Shown: positions 10,761 through 20,483, numbered from the stretch's first letter. The stretch: DNA of 64,000 nt from an uncultured Planctomycetota bacterium (GCA_963845755.1 CAWJTV010000036.1:64001-128000), one strand, 5' to 3'. Notes: generated by a model from the sequence alone, not told the origin. Numbers and translations: made by a program.

Positions 10761-12485
10761 GCCCCACACCCGACCCGGCCAAGACTGGCGCCACCCCGTC
10801 GTCTTCTCCATCGGGCGAGCTGGGCTCCATCCTGCTGCTGACGGCAGCCTGGGTGGGCATGGCGACCCTCGTCGATCCGCGGGGCGAGTTCTCGCTGAAT
10901 GATGACTGGGCCTATGCGCTTCCGGTCAAGACCCTCGTCGAGCGGGGCTCGATCCGCTTCACGTTCTGGCAGTCGATGACCCTGATCGCCCAGGTGCTCT
11001 GGGGCGCCCTGTTCTGCCTGCCCCGAGGGTTCTCGTTCCTGTGCTGCGGGTGTCGATGCTGACGGCCGGTCTAGCGGGCGTCTTGGGACTCTACCGCCTG
11101 TGCCGGCATATCGGTGCGGGCACCGCGCTGGCGACCTTGGCCACTCTGACGCTCGCCCTCAACCCCATCTACTTCGGACTGTCTTGCACGTTCATGACCG
11201 ATGTCTCTTTCACGGCAATCATGATCCTCAGCATTCTGGGGCTCTTCATGGGGCTCGATACGAGGAGGGATCGGCTCCTTCTGGTCGGGTTGGCAGCGGC
11301 TTTCGCAGCCCTGTTCGTCCGCCAGCTTGCCCTGGCGGTGTTCCTGGCCTTCCTCGTCGCCTCTCCGCTCAAGCTCGGCCTCGGTCGCCGATGGCTGCTC
11401 TACGCGGTGTCTCCCACGCTGCTCGCGGGCGTCTCCCTGGCAGCCTATTCTCGCGTACTTACCTACTTCGGCCGGCTTCCGGGGATGTACTACGCGAAAG
11501 CCAATACCCTCAACGCGATGATCCGGGATCTGCTCTATTTCCGGCCCGGCGCGGTCAAACCGGCCTTGGCGCGGCGATCATGATGTTCATGCTCGCGGGG
11601 CTCTTCGCCCTACCCGTGCTTTCGGCACTCTGGCCCGCGCTGGTCTCAGGATTCGAGAGGGGCCGGCGGAATCGCCGCTACGGCTGGATCGCCGGCTTCA
11701 CCTGTGCCGTGACCGCGGGCCTCGCCGCGATGGGCAACTTGCTGCCCATGTCGGGGAACATCATGCAAGATCTGCGGATGGGGATCGTCTCGCTTCCGGG
11801 CTCGGGTTTGGCGGCGGCCCCGAAGACTTACTGGATCGTCCTCACGGCGGCCGCGGCACTCGGGCTGTCGCTTCTGCTCCTCGTCCTCCTCGACCTTTCG
11901 ACGGCCGCGTTCCACGCGCGGGACGAGAATGGGACGACATTGCGGTTCCGCATCGTTTTCCTGGTGCTGACGGGCGTGCTTTATTTCGGCCCGCTGGGCT
12001 TGCCCTATCAGGCCATGCTGGACCGCTATGTGCTGCTGATCCTCGCCCTGTTCATCGCCCTCTCGGTACTCGTGCTCCAAGTTGATAGCGGACAAGTCAC
12101 CCGCCGCTCGCTGGCGACCGGCCTGATCCTCGCGGCCATGTTCGGCGCGTACACGGTGGCGACAGTGCACGACCTCTTCGCATGGCAGAGGGTGCGCTGG
12201 GAAGCCTGCAACGACCTGATGGCCGGAAGGGTAAACGGCGTCGAGGTGTCCTCCGACCAGATCGACGGCGGATTCGAGTTCAACAACCAGATCCCCAACG
12301 AGCGGACCATTTACACGACCAGCGTCAACGGAGACCTGGTCACCGATGCCCAAGCCCGACCCTACGCAGTCGCGTTCAGCGAGCTGCCGGGTTTCGAGAC
12401 GCTGGAACGCCGGAGGACTCCGGTCTGGCTCCCGTATCCGCCGCAAGAGATCCTAGTTCTCCGCCGGATCCAGTCGCATCCTTGA
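10757..12485 (+). CDS. Multi-TM GT-C type glycosyltransferase (ArnT/PMT-like); indels near 11040 and 11575
   Basis: LNDDWAY luminal motif, FMTDV, FVRQ, DRY and more than 10 TM segments across ORFs 10757..11062, 11041..11583 and 11100..12485. Confidence 0.7.
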
Positions 12486-12543
12486 GGGGTAGGGCAACGA
12501 TTCGCGAGCAGCCGGGCCATTCTCGTCGGGCGCGTCCTGGCGT

Positions 12544-12703
12544 CTCATCGAGGAGGACGCCTATCGCACGCGGTTCCCGGGCGCACTCGACGCGGGGCGA
12601 TTCGATGCCATCATCGGCCCGCCGTTCGCACTGCCGACGGTTCCGCATGGCGGCTGCATGGCGGGTCCCGCCTTCAGCTACGCGATGCTGTACAACCTCA
12701 TGG
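12544..12703 (+). pseudogene. Amidase-signature-family internal fragment (tentative)
   Basis: AYRTRF...RFDAIIGPPFALPTVPHG...SYAMLYNLMG resembles the amidase C-terminal region; no start or stop. Confidence 0.4.
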
Positions 12704-12774
12704 GAGCGCCGAGCTGGAACGGATCTTCCCGGCCCTGGCTCCAGCTCATCTGGCCGCCTGACCCTCTACTGGCC

Positions 12775-12870
12775 GCCTTGGAGTGGACCATCGCGTGGCT
12801 GCATTCCTTCGGCCGGCTGCGCCGCCGTTGGGATCAGCTCGCGGAGATTCAAGCGCCTTCCTCAAGTTAG
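12775..12870 (+). pseudogene. IS5-family transposase C-terminal fragment
   Basis: LEWTIAWLHSFGRLRRRWDQLAEIQ-AFLKL resembles VERTxAWLxxFRRLxxRxE; cut off where the 330-bp repeat begins. Confidence 0.6.
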
Positions 12871-13195
12871 TTTGGTCCTTGATCTGTTGAGGCCCATGGG
12901 CCCATGATCTCATTTCTTTCCGAACATTCTTTGCCCATCTTCCGTGCTCGCTCCCCTACATGTCGCTATTTATTACCTCTGATTTGCTTTGTTCTCGGAA
13001 TAACTTTCGCTTTCCATAACTGGCGATTCCCTAACTAAGTAAGGCATGTTAATTTTTATCAACAGTCTGTTGACCGCGCCATTGGATCATTGTTATCAGA
13101 AGAGAATCCATGCGGATGGTCGTCGTTAACTTGCGGTCGCGGCTCGGGTCGGGCTGTGCGCGAGGAAGGCGGGGAAAGGGGTCGAAGAGAGTTAA
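12865..13195. repeat. 330-bp AT-rich non-coding direct repeat, copy 2
   Basis: Near-identical to 5829-6158. Confidence 0.95.
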
Positions 13196-13357
13196 GGGGT
13201 CGGGAACCCGAATGTGGAATTCGGTTCCTGATCGCTCTGCTGCCCCACGGACTCAGTCCGAATCGACGGCCAGGTCCGAATCGACGGCCGGCCGAGATTC
13301 GCCGACCGGGTGCGTTGCTGCTCACGGGCGAGTTCTCTCGCTAAAGGTCATTCATGA

Positions 13358-14591
13358 ATGGCTGCCATAGTGGGGAAACGACCAATCCATCCGAACGCGC
13401 CGCCGCGGGCTAGCAATGCCGCGGTCGCGAACAGTTCCACGGATTCCGCGCCCGTCTCGAACGTCCCCGAGACGATGGCGCGGCCGCCGAAGAGACGGAA
13501 GATTCTCGCGGGCTTGACGTTTCTCGGGTTCAGCCTCGTCCTGAGCGTGTTCATCGTCGAGATCCTCAGCCGGTTCCTTTTCCGCAGAGTCGCCGACGAC
13601 GTGGCGTATTACGCGAGGCTTGAGGGTAACGTGGTCCGCTCTGCGCCAATCCTGGAGCCCACGAGAAAGCCGGGAACGTTCGACGCCAAGTTCGGTTACG
13701 TACTGTCGCCCAACGCGACGCATACCTCCTCCCGCCTCGGAAAGACGATCACCGAGCGAACGAACTCCCTGGGTTTTCGGACCCGGGAGATCGAGCCGCG
13801 GCTTCCCGGGGAATACCGTGTGCTGCTCGTCGGGGACTCCTACTTTTACGGCCACATGATGAATGAGGAGGAGACCATCGCAGTCCGGCTCGAGCGGATG
13901 AGCGGATCGGACCCGCGGGTCAAGCGGCCCCTTCGGGCCTACAATTTCGCCCGCTCGGGCTATTGCAGCGTGCAGGAACTCCTCGTCGCCCGGACGTACG
14001 CGGCTGAGGTCCAGCCCGACATCATCATCCTGGGTTTCTTCGCCGCGAACGACGTGATCCCCAACCGCGCTGACGCAGATCGACGACGAGGGGCACTTCG
14101 CCCCCGTGGCCGAACGTATCGAGCGGTTCCGGAACGAACTCCGAGCGGAGTTGGGACCGTGGCCTCACAGCGAGATCTTTCGGATTGTCTCCCTGACCAA
14201 GCCCTTCGGGTCTCGGATGGTTTACCGACTCGGCCGGCAGCCCTGGGTCCTCGAGCAGAATTACGAAGTCCTCCGCCAGTTTCAGAGGTTCGCTCGGAAT
14301 CAGGGGTATCGGTTCGGCGTCGTGTTCCAGCACACGGCCGACAGCCTCGACTCCGGTTTGCGGGCGGCCCTTTACCCCCGTGAGGATGTCCACCGCCCCC
14401 TCAGCGCGTTCTGCGAACGCGCCGGAATCCCGTTCGTGGACATGCGCCTCGAGTTCCTCGAAGCCGGCGACTGGGAGCGGTTCATCATCAAGGGGGACGG
14501 ACACTGCACCGTCGAGGGCGTCCGCAAAACAGCCGAGGCGATCTACCGGCAATTGATCCGGCCGGAACTGGTCTGTCAGGATCGACGCTAG
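13358..14591 (+). CDS. Membrane-anchored SGNH/GDSL-fold protein (indel near 14066)
   Basis: N-terminal TM, TNSLGFR, VLLVGDSY (block I), NFARSGY, FAAND, GDGHCT (DxH). Confidence 0.8.
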
Positions 14592-14728
14592 TGCCGTGTC
14601 AAGCGATCTCCGGCGGTCGAGACATCACCAGAATGCCCCGTCGGTTCGGCTCGACGTTTGCAGGATACCGGCGAGATTCTTGGCGAGCCAGGGCCCAGTA
14701 TTCGTTCCATCCCCTTTCCGGGCCCCGG

Positions 14729-14803
14729 GACATCTACAACAATTTCGATAATCGCGTCGGCGGCCTGGTCGCGGGGTTCCTCAATTCGGTGTTCGCGTTT
14801 TGA
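14729..14803 (+). repeat. 75-bp direct repeat, copy 2 (orphan 3' end of barrel gene; attR-like)
   Basis: Encodes DIYNNFDNRVGGLVAGFLNSVFAF* versus ...VFTF* in copy 1. Confidence 0.95.
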
Positions 14804-14809
14804 ATGCAC

Positions 14810-15786
14810 TCACGAGCCGGCATACGCGATCCCGGGGAATTCTACGCGAGCACCCTGGTATTGCTTCTCCCACTCGGGCGGCCAGCCGAATGCCTTGCGG
14901 GCGAGCGGCCTCAGGTCCTTATTGGCGGCCCCGCTCATGAAGTGGAGGAACTCGCCCCAGTTCATTTCGCGCGTGTAGTGCAGAGTCTTCCCCTGCCCCT
15001 CCGGGCCCTTGGGGTAGTGCTGGGCGAGGAGGCGGAAGAAAGCCGGCATCAGCCGCGAGCGGCCATGATCGCGCCAGGCCGGATAGAAGAAGTCGCGGAA
15101 CCAGTGGGTGCCCGGCCTCGGGAAGTCGTCGGACTGGGCGGTGAACCGGTCGAAGGCGCGGCGGGCCTCATCCTTGAGGCGGAGGCCGACGAAGAGGTCA
15201 TACTGGTAGAGCTCGATCCATTTGCTGTCCTTCCAGAGCCCGAAGGCTGGCGACTCGTGGACGCCGTTGCTGGCACTCTCGACGATGTGGCCGATCTCGT
15301 GGGTCGGTATGCCCAGCGACGGGACGTCCCAGGGGCCGGGCCCGCAGTCGGTGACGTTCCGGTGATCGTGCGAGGCGTCGAAGTAGGTTGACGGATGCCC
15401 GCCGCTGTAGCGCCCCTGGTGGAAGATCGCGTAGAGGCGGCCATCGGGGCCGCCGAAGGGTCCATACGTCGCCTTGGTATAGCGCCAGGCCCGGCTCATG
15501 AACGGGGCAATCCAGGCGGTCGCCTTGCCGCGGGGGACGTCGTCGTCGAAGTAGATGGCCACGTCGTCGTTGGAGCTGACGAGCGTGACGACCCGATCAT
15601 GCTCGAACCAATGTTCCTTCCAGGTCCGCGGCGGCGCGGCGCGGGCACCTTCGCCTTCCGGGCCGGCTTCGCAACCTCCTTGGCGGCGGGTTGCTGGGCG
15701 ACGCCGGACTGGGCGACGGCGGCCGCCCCCGCGAGACCGGCCACTCCCAGCAGACCGATGGCAATCCTCGGGCGATTCGACACCAT
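14810..15786 (-). CDS. Secreted protein with HExxH motif (putative zinc metallopeptidase); indel near 15635
   Basis: Signal peptide MVSNRPRIAIGLLGVAGLAGAAAVA joins PPRTWKEHWFEH...PTHEIGHIVES...WIE. Confidence 0.7.
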
Positions 15787-15915
15787 GGCCACCTCTCAAC
15801 TCGAGTTGGGCGCGGGACCACGTTACCGACTGGCGGATTCTATCGATTTCGAGGAGAAAATGGGACGGATCGGGGGAACGGGGGCGGGCCACCGTGAGGT
15901 CATCCGTTCCCGCTT

Positions 15916-16026
15916 GGTCGGGCAGTCCGCGCCGGCTGCGAGCGCGAGCGACGCGTTCTTCAGATCATTTTCCGCCTTGGCGATCCATTCGCGGATCACC
16001 ACGATGACCGGATTAGGGGCGGACAT
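15916..16026 (-). pseudogene. HEPN toxin, truncated after ~37 codons
   Basis: MSAPNPVIVVIREWIAKAENDLKNASLALAAGADCPT overlaps the MNT stop; the FHAQQ helix and remainder are absent. Confidence 0.75.
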
Positions 16027-16354
16027 ACAGGACCTTGCCTTCCCGGGTCGCCGGCCACTCGATGGTGCCGACGTAGTCTTTTCGCCATGCGAAGTCCTCG
16101 GGGGTCGTGACGATGATGTCCACGGGAACGGGGATGCTGTGAAGCGCCTCGCGTATATCGAGGCTCTTCTCAAAAATCGAGCCCTCCACCGGCATCACGA
16201 CCAGCAGGTCCACGTCGCTATCCGGACCGGCATCTCCCCGGGCCTGCGAGCCGAAGAGGATGATCTTCTCGGGGTGAAACCGCTTGACGATCCGCTTGAC
16301 CATGCGGTCGATCTGCTCGGGAATGCTCAGGGTTTTCCGCCTGGCTCTTGGCAC
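16013..16354 (-). CDS. Minimal nucleotidyltransferase (MNT) antitoxin
   Basis: GAGGAGG RBS, GTG 16354; IILFGSQARGDAGPDSDVDLLVV (GS-x10-DxD). Confidence 0.9.
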   Translation of the reverse strand: MPRARRKTLSIPEQIDRMVKRIVKRFHPEKIILFGSQARGDAGPDSDVDLLVVMPVEGSIFEKSLDIREALHSIPVPVDIIVTTPEDFAWRKDYVGTIEWPATREGKVLYVRP

Positions 16355-16629
16355 GATCGACCTCCTCACGTCGGCACGCGGACCCGTCGGCACGCTTCCG
16401 GATTGTAGCAGCGCGACGGCTCGCGGTCGATCGAGTCGCCTCGTTGAGAGGGCGAACGAGCCTACTGCGGGATCGCCGCCGGTGCTGGGTGGGTTGAGCC
16501 GCGAATTCATCGAAGGCCCGAGGGGTTCAGGAACTGATTCGGCGTGTCGGCTCGTGACCCTCTTCTGCCTCCGAATCCCCTCGCCTAAGCCGGGCACAGC
16601 AGGTATCCTGGAGCCAACAGGAGCATCAC

Positions 16630-16953
16630 ATGATCGCACTCACTCCCGAACAGCGCCAGACCATCGATCGACAATTCCGGAACCTGGCGAATCAGTGGTC
16701 CGAATTGACTGCGTATCGTTCGAACATGGGTGCCCTGCGCCATCATCCGGTCTATCAAGAGTTGGTTGCCTTGGGCGAACCGGCCATCCCCTTGATCCTC
16801 CGCGAGCTGGAACGGGAGCCCAGTGTATCGTGGTTCGGCATCCTTACCGCGATCACGGGCGAGAATCCGGTCCCACCCGAACTGGCGGGTCGCGTCGTGG
16901 CGATGGCCGGGGCATGGCTCGAATGGGGACGTCGGCAAGGATACCTGGCGTGA
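16630..16953 (+). CDS. Hypothetical helical protein coupled to the downstream gene
   Basis: AGGAG RBS; HPVYQELVALGEPAIPLILREL...WLEWGR; GTGA overlap with the next gene. Confidence 0.75.
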   Translation: MIALTPEQRQTIDRQFRNLANQWSELTAYRSNMGALRHHPVYQELVALGEPAIPLILRELEREPSVSWFGILTAITGENPVPPELAGRVVAMAGAWLEWGRRQGYLA

Positions 16954-17392
16954 GTGCCGAGCTGGAACGGATCTTCCCGGCCCTGGCTCCAGATGGCTAT
17001 GTGGTGTCGAGCCCCGAGGCCACCGCTTACAACTGCATCGCCTGGTCCGTGGGGGAGTCGCATCGCTGGCGGGAGCCCGGGACCTACTGGCCGATTCAGC
17101 CTGGGACGACCTGGACCTTCAATCTCTTCACATCGCTCGGCTATTCCCTCTGCTGACGACCAACTCGAGACTGGCTATGAAGAAGGTCGCGGCTGCTATG
17201 CCGACGATTGCGGCGAATGGACGCACGCCGCCCGGCAGCTCCCGGACGGTTGGCGGACGAGCAAGCTCGAGCAGGCGGTTGACATCCTTCACCCGGACCC
17301 CAGGGGCCCTGGTGGGCGATGCCTATGGGGATGTCCGGGCCATCATGAAACGAGCGAGACTCCGCGTCGCCGAGGATAACCATCCAGGCTAG
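16950..17392 (+). pseudogene. Degenerate Cys-His (papain-like, DUF7689-like) protein, several frameshifts
   Basis: SAELERIFPAL...YNCIAW...YWP / WTHAARQLPDGWRTSKL / ALVGDAYG spread over different frames. Confidence 0.55.
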
Positions 17393-17430
17393 CCGGCATT
17401 CGTGACCGTCTTCTCGCTCGCTGAGCAGCT

Positions 17431-17657
17431 TCACGGCATGTACTCGGCGAAATCCTCGAGATGGTCGTCGTCGTCCGAGAGGATCGTCAGCATGCCTTTA
17501 CCGCGTCCTGGCAGCGGGCGGGGCACCTCGGTGGTCGTCCCGACCAGCTTTGCGACCGGCCGCTCGCCGCGCGTGACAACGAGCTCCTCGCTCGGCCTGA
17601 GACCGGCGATCAACTCATCCAGATGAGCTTGGCTTCCTGGAGCGTGACTGTAGACAT
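17431..17657 (-). CDS. Phd/YefM-like (VapB) antitoxin; one indel near 17630
   Basis: MSTVTLQEA(Q)AHLDELIAGL...VVTRGERPVAKLV...DDHLEDFAEYMP*. An overlapping GTG at 17434 gives MKLL (VapC-like start) and similarity then stops. Confidence 0.8.
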
Positions 17658-17829
17658 GGTACACGCTGCTCCTGGCACGGCAACTATATGGATTTCTTGA
17701 GAGTCCTGCGGTCATAAACTCACCATACGCAAATTGTCATCTCGTCTGATAGTCCCGGACCCCCGTCCAGTTCCGGTCCCAATGTTCGTTCGGTCCCCTT
17801 TCCGGGCCCCCCCTTTCCGGGCCTCCTGG

Positions 17830-17911
17830 CCGGACATCCATCCCGCCTGCCCCGCAGCTCGTCGCAGCTCGACCAGAGGGAGGAGTCGAGTTCGGATTTC
17901 TTCAGGGCCAT
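17830..17911 (-). pseudogene. hsdM: Type I R-M methyltransferase N-terminal fragment
   Basis: MALKKSELDSSLWSSCDELRG-GMD matches the HsdM N-terminus; truncated. Confidence 0.7.
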
Positions 17912-17949
17912 GTCGCCAGCTCCGATCCACAATCACCATGGGTTGAACT

Positions 17950-18423
17950 ATCTTGCTATTTACGACGTTCAAGGTAATTGCCTGGATGAGCACGAATGAG
18001 GATGGAAGCTTTGGCGGCATCTTTACCGATCCCGAATACTTCGCTGCCGCGGCCCTTTTCTTGTTGTCCTCAAGCAACACGTCAACACAGTCATCCACTC
18101 GTACCAGGACGACGTTGCAGGGACGCGGCCCGGGATGTTTGCCAATATGAATTCTCTCCTTCCAGACACCATCAGCGTGGGGCTTGATCCGACACATCGG
18201 CCAATACTTGTCATCAGCTTGGGTGAAGAGCCAGTAGTTTCCTTTGAGTTTCCTGTGGGTCCCGGAAATCTCAACCTCACCGGGGAGAACAACATCCCGC
18301 ATAGGCGGGTGTGTGATCAGAATGATCCCATTTCGCCACTTGTCGAGAAAGCCCAACCCCTTGGTACGCCGTGTTACCGATGCTCCAAGCTGTTTTCAAC
18401 CCCTCGAACCCAACTTGACCCAT
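17950..18423 (-). CDS. Hypothetical low-GC protein (ends uncertain)
   Basis: Core of ORF 17712..18356 (ILITHPP...VEISGTH...YWP...GVW) looks beta-sandwich-like; probable indel near 18358. Confidence 0.35.
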
Positions 18424-18891
18424 CTCCACGCCGCAGGCCAGCATCGCCGTCCCGCCCATCGCTGCCCTCCACCAGGTGTTGTTTGGAAGCCGCAGTATTC
18501 GGGTCCAATCGGTATCAGGCCTGGTTTCGAGTTTTTTTATGCCCTCGACATCCCCGAGATCGGCCCTCGCCTTCTTCGGGGAGGTTTGTGTCCTCTCCAT
18601 GACCACCAGAGGCGGGCTCGACACGGAGAGAGGGCGGTCGACGAGGCGGGGCGTTCGACCCAATGCCGTGAAGACATCGGCGATCGTATGGACGGTGAGG
18701 TTGGACCCGTAACGCAGCATCTTCGTCACGTAAGCTCGGCTCTTCCCCAGGCGCGAGGCCAGCTCAGCGCGGCTCACGCCCTGGTCATCCATGATGCGCA
18801 AGATCGACTCGGTGACTTCCGTTGCCAGACGCTCGCGCTGGAATTCCCTCATCCGCTCCGGCGAAGCGGCGATCTGATCGAGTAGGTCCAT
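18277..18891 (-). CDS. XRE-family HTH antitoxin (HigA-like); true 3' end uncertain
   Basis: AAGGAGG RBS; QGVSRAELASRLGKSRAYVTKMLRYGSNLTVHTIADVFTALG. Confidence 0.8.
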   Translation of the reverse strand: MDLLDQIAASPERMREFQRERLATEVTESILRIMDDQGVSRAELASRLGKSRAYVTKMLRYGSNLTVHTIADVFTALGRTPRLVDRPLSVSSPPLVVMERTQTSPKKARADLGDVEGIKKLETRPDTDWTRILRLPNNTWWRAAMGGTAMLACGVEMGQVGFEGLKTAWSIGNTAYQGVGLSRQVAKWDHSDHTPAYAGCCSPR

Positions 18892-18903
18892 CGCAAACCT
18901 CCT

Positions 18904-19374
18904 TCAAGTGCGTTGTGGAGGACCTTGACCAGCGAGATCCTCGCAAATAATCGGCTCTGCCCGCTTCGTCTGAACGCTCAGGTTTTCACCTTTGCGAAAG
19001 CCGTGTGTCAGGACCCACTGTCTGCCCTGAAGGAAAGCCATGATCCGCTGGCCACTTCCCGAATGAATCTTGAACTCTGCGATGGGCACCGTCTGGCTGC
19101 GATTGCCCACTTTGCAGGTCGCCTCGCCGGCGTTGAACCGAAACTTCTCGGTATTGCGAATCTCGCCGCGTTCGGCCATCCAGATAAAGAGAACGTTGAA
19201 TCGGTCTTGATCCGACACCGAGAGACTCTCCAGGAACTCCTTCGCGGGTGACGATCCATCATCTCGAACCGCGAACACGATTTCGCGAACCGGACCCCTG
19301 TGGTGGATCGGTCTTGGGCGCGAGGGCCTTGGAGGGGGAGTCGCTGCTTGGCCCCTTCGCCTATGCTTCCCCAT
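18904..19374 (-). CDS. RelE/ParE-superfamily toxin (HigB/Gp49-like), toxin-first order
   Basis: DGSSPAKEFLESL...EFK...RIMAF...VLTHGFRK; directly upstream of the HTH gene. Confidence 0.75.
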   Translation of the reverse strand: MGKHRRRGQAATPPPRPSRPRPIHHRGPVREIVFAVRDDGSSPAKEFLESLSVSDQDRFNVLFIWMAERGEIRNTEKFRFNAGEATCKVGNRSQTVPIAEFKIHSGSGQRIMAFLQGRQWVLTHGFRKGENLSVQTKRAEPIICEDLAGQGPPQRT

Positions 19375-19379
19375 GGTTA

Positions 19380-19397
19380 GTTAACCTCAATGTTAAC
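19380..19397. promoter_or_regulatory. Candidate TA autoregulatory operator
   Basis: GTTAAC-CTCAAT-GTTAAC dyad, 5 bp upstream of the toxin ATG. Confidence 0.45.
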
Positions 19398-19521
19398 ACG
19401 AAATCAAGGGTGAGCCTCGGCACCGACTCATTTTCTTGGGCCTCCTCTCAGGGCACCAGCCTCGACGCCGGATCCTGGATCTGATGAAGTTCCGGCTTCG
19501 TATTGCAGTTGACCATGGGGC

Positions 19522-19654
19522 CAGTCGGAGTCAGGCCAGATTTCGGGCTTTTTTCATGCCCTCGACATCTTCGAGGAATCGTAGGGTCGCTCCATAACGA
19601 CCAGGGGCGGGCTCGACACGGACAGAGGCCAGTCGACGAGGCGGGGCGTTCGAC
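19522..19654 (-). repeat. Diverged duplicate of the 3' half of the HTH antitoxin gene
   Basis: RTPRLVDWPLSVSSPPLVVMER versus RTPRLVDRPLSVSSPPLVVMER at ~18505-18659. Confidence 0.85.
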
Positions 19655-19752
19655 TCACCGACGCCTTCTCGAACTCCACGAGACCGGTTCGGGCATCGGC
19701 TCATGTTGGGGCCGAATCGCGGGGCCGGTCGCAGTGTCGGGCTGGTGTCACT

Positions 19753-20448
19753 TCAGTCCTCGTGGATCTGGACCTTTCGGAACTCGACCCGGCCGCTGTG
19801 GCTCTGGAGTGCCACGTATCCCCGGCGCGGCTTGTCCTTCGGCGCGGGCGCCGCGGCCGGCCGGGTGGCCACATCGGCGAGTTCGGACTGATCGGCCTCC
19901 AGGATCGTCCGGCCATTCAGCCGGATGGTGATCCGGGGGCCGGCGCACGTGACCTCGATCGTGTTCCACTCGGGGGCCGGCCGCGCGGGGTTGGCGGTCG
20001 GGCTCTTGTACCGATAGAGCGACCCGGTCCCGTGTGCCGACGGGACGCTGCCGGCGTCGTCGAGCAACTGCACCTCGAAGGCGGCGTACGACGGGCGGGT
20101 CTCACGCGACCGACTGGGGTCGAAACGGCCCGTCCGGATGCCGAGCCCGCTGTTACCTTGCGGTTTGCCCGCCGGCGCCGGGGTGAACCGGTACTCGACC
20201 CGGAAGGTGAAGTCGCCGAACTCCCGGCGGTCGTACCGGAGGAACCCGAACCCCTCCCCGAGGCAGACGATCCGCCCGTCCTCGACAGACCACATCGTCC
20301 GTCCGGCCTTGTCCCTGGCCGGTCCCTCCACGACCCAGCCGTCCAGGCTCTTGCCGTCGAACAGGTCGCGGAAGTCGTCGGCCGAGGTCGCCGGGGCGAG
20401 GATGAGCAGCAGGACGAGCGGGGCCAGGCGGAAACCCAGTCGGGACAT
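19753..20448 (-). CDS. DUF1080 (3-keto-disaccharide hydrolase-like) secreted protein
   Basis: Signal peptide; LFDGKSLDGW, GNSG, FEVQLLD, EWN, GYVALQSH, VEFRKV. Confidence 0.9.
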   Translation of the reverse strand: MSRLGFRLAPLVLLLILAPATSADDFRDLFDGKSLDGWVVEGPARDKAGRTMWSVEDGRIVCLGEGFGFLRYDRREFGDFTFRVEYRFTPAPAGKPQGNSGLGIRTGRFDPSRSRETRPSYAAFEVQLLDDAGSVPSAHGTGSLYRYKSPTANPARPAPEWNTIEVTCAGPRITIRLNGRTILEADQSELADVATRPAAAPAPKDKPRRGYVALQSHSGRVEFRKVQIHED

Positions 20449-20483
20449 CGTTCGTCTCCTTCGCGAGATCGGAGGTGCCCTGC

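Larger units (their letters stand above)
5787..14728. mobile_element. ~9 kb genomic island inserted at the 3' end of the barrel gene
   Basis: Bounded by the 75-bp repeat. Contains a tyrosine recombinase remnant, IS remnants, IS1182 and a glycosylation cassette. Confidence 0.65.

Noticed and set aside
5712..14803. DGR template/variable repeat pair at a gene C-terminus
   Set aside because: Mismatches are mostly synonymous rather than adenine-specific, and no reverse transcriptase is in the window.
15900..19700. Integron cassette array
   Set aside because: No recognisable attC sites or IntI, and gene orientations are mixed.
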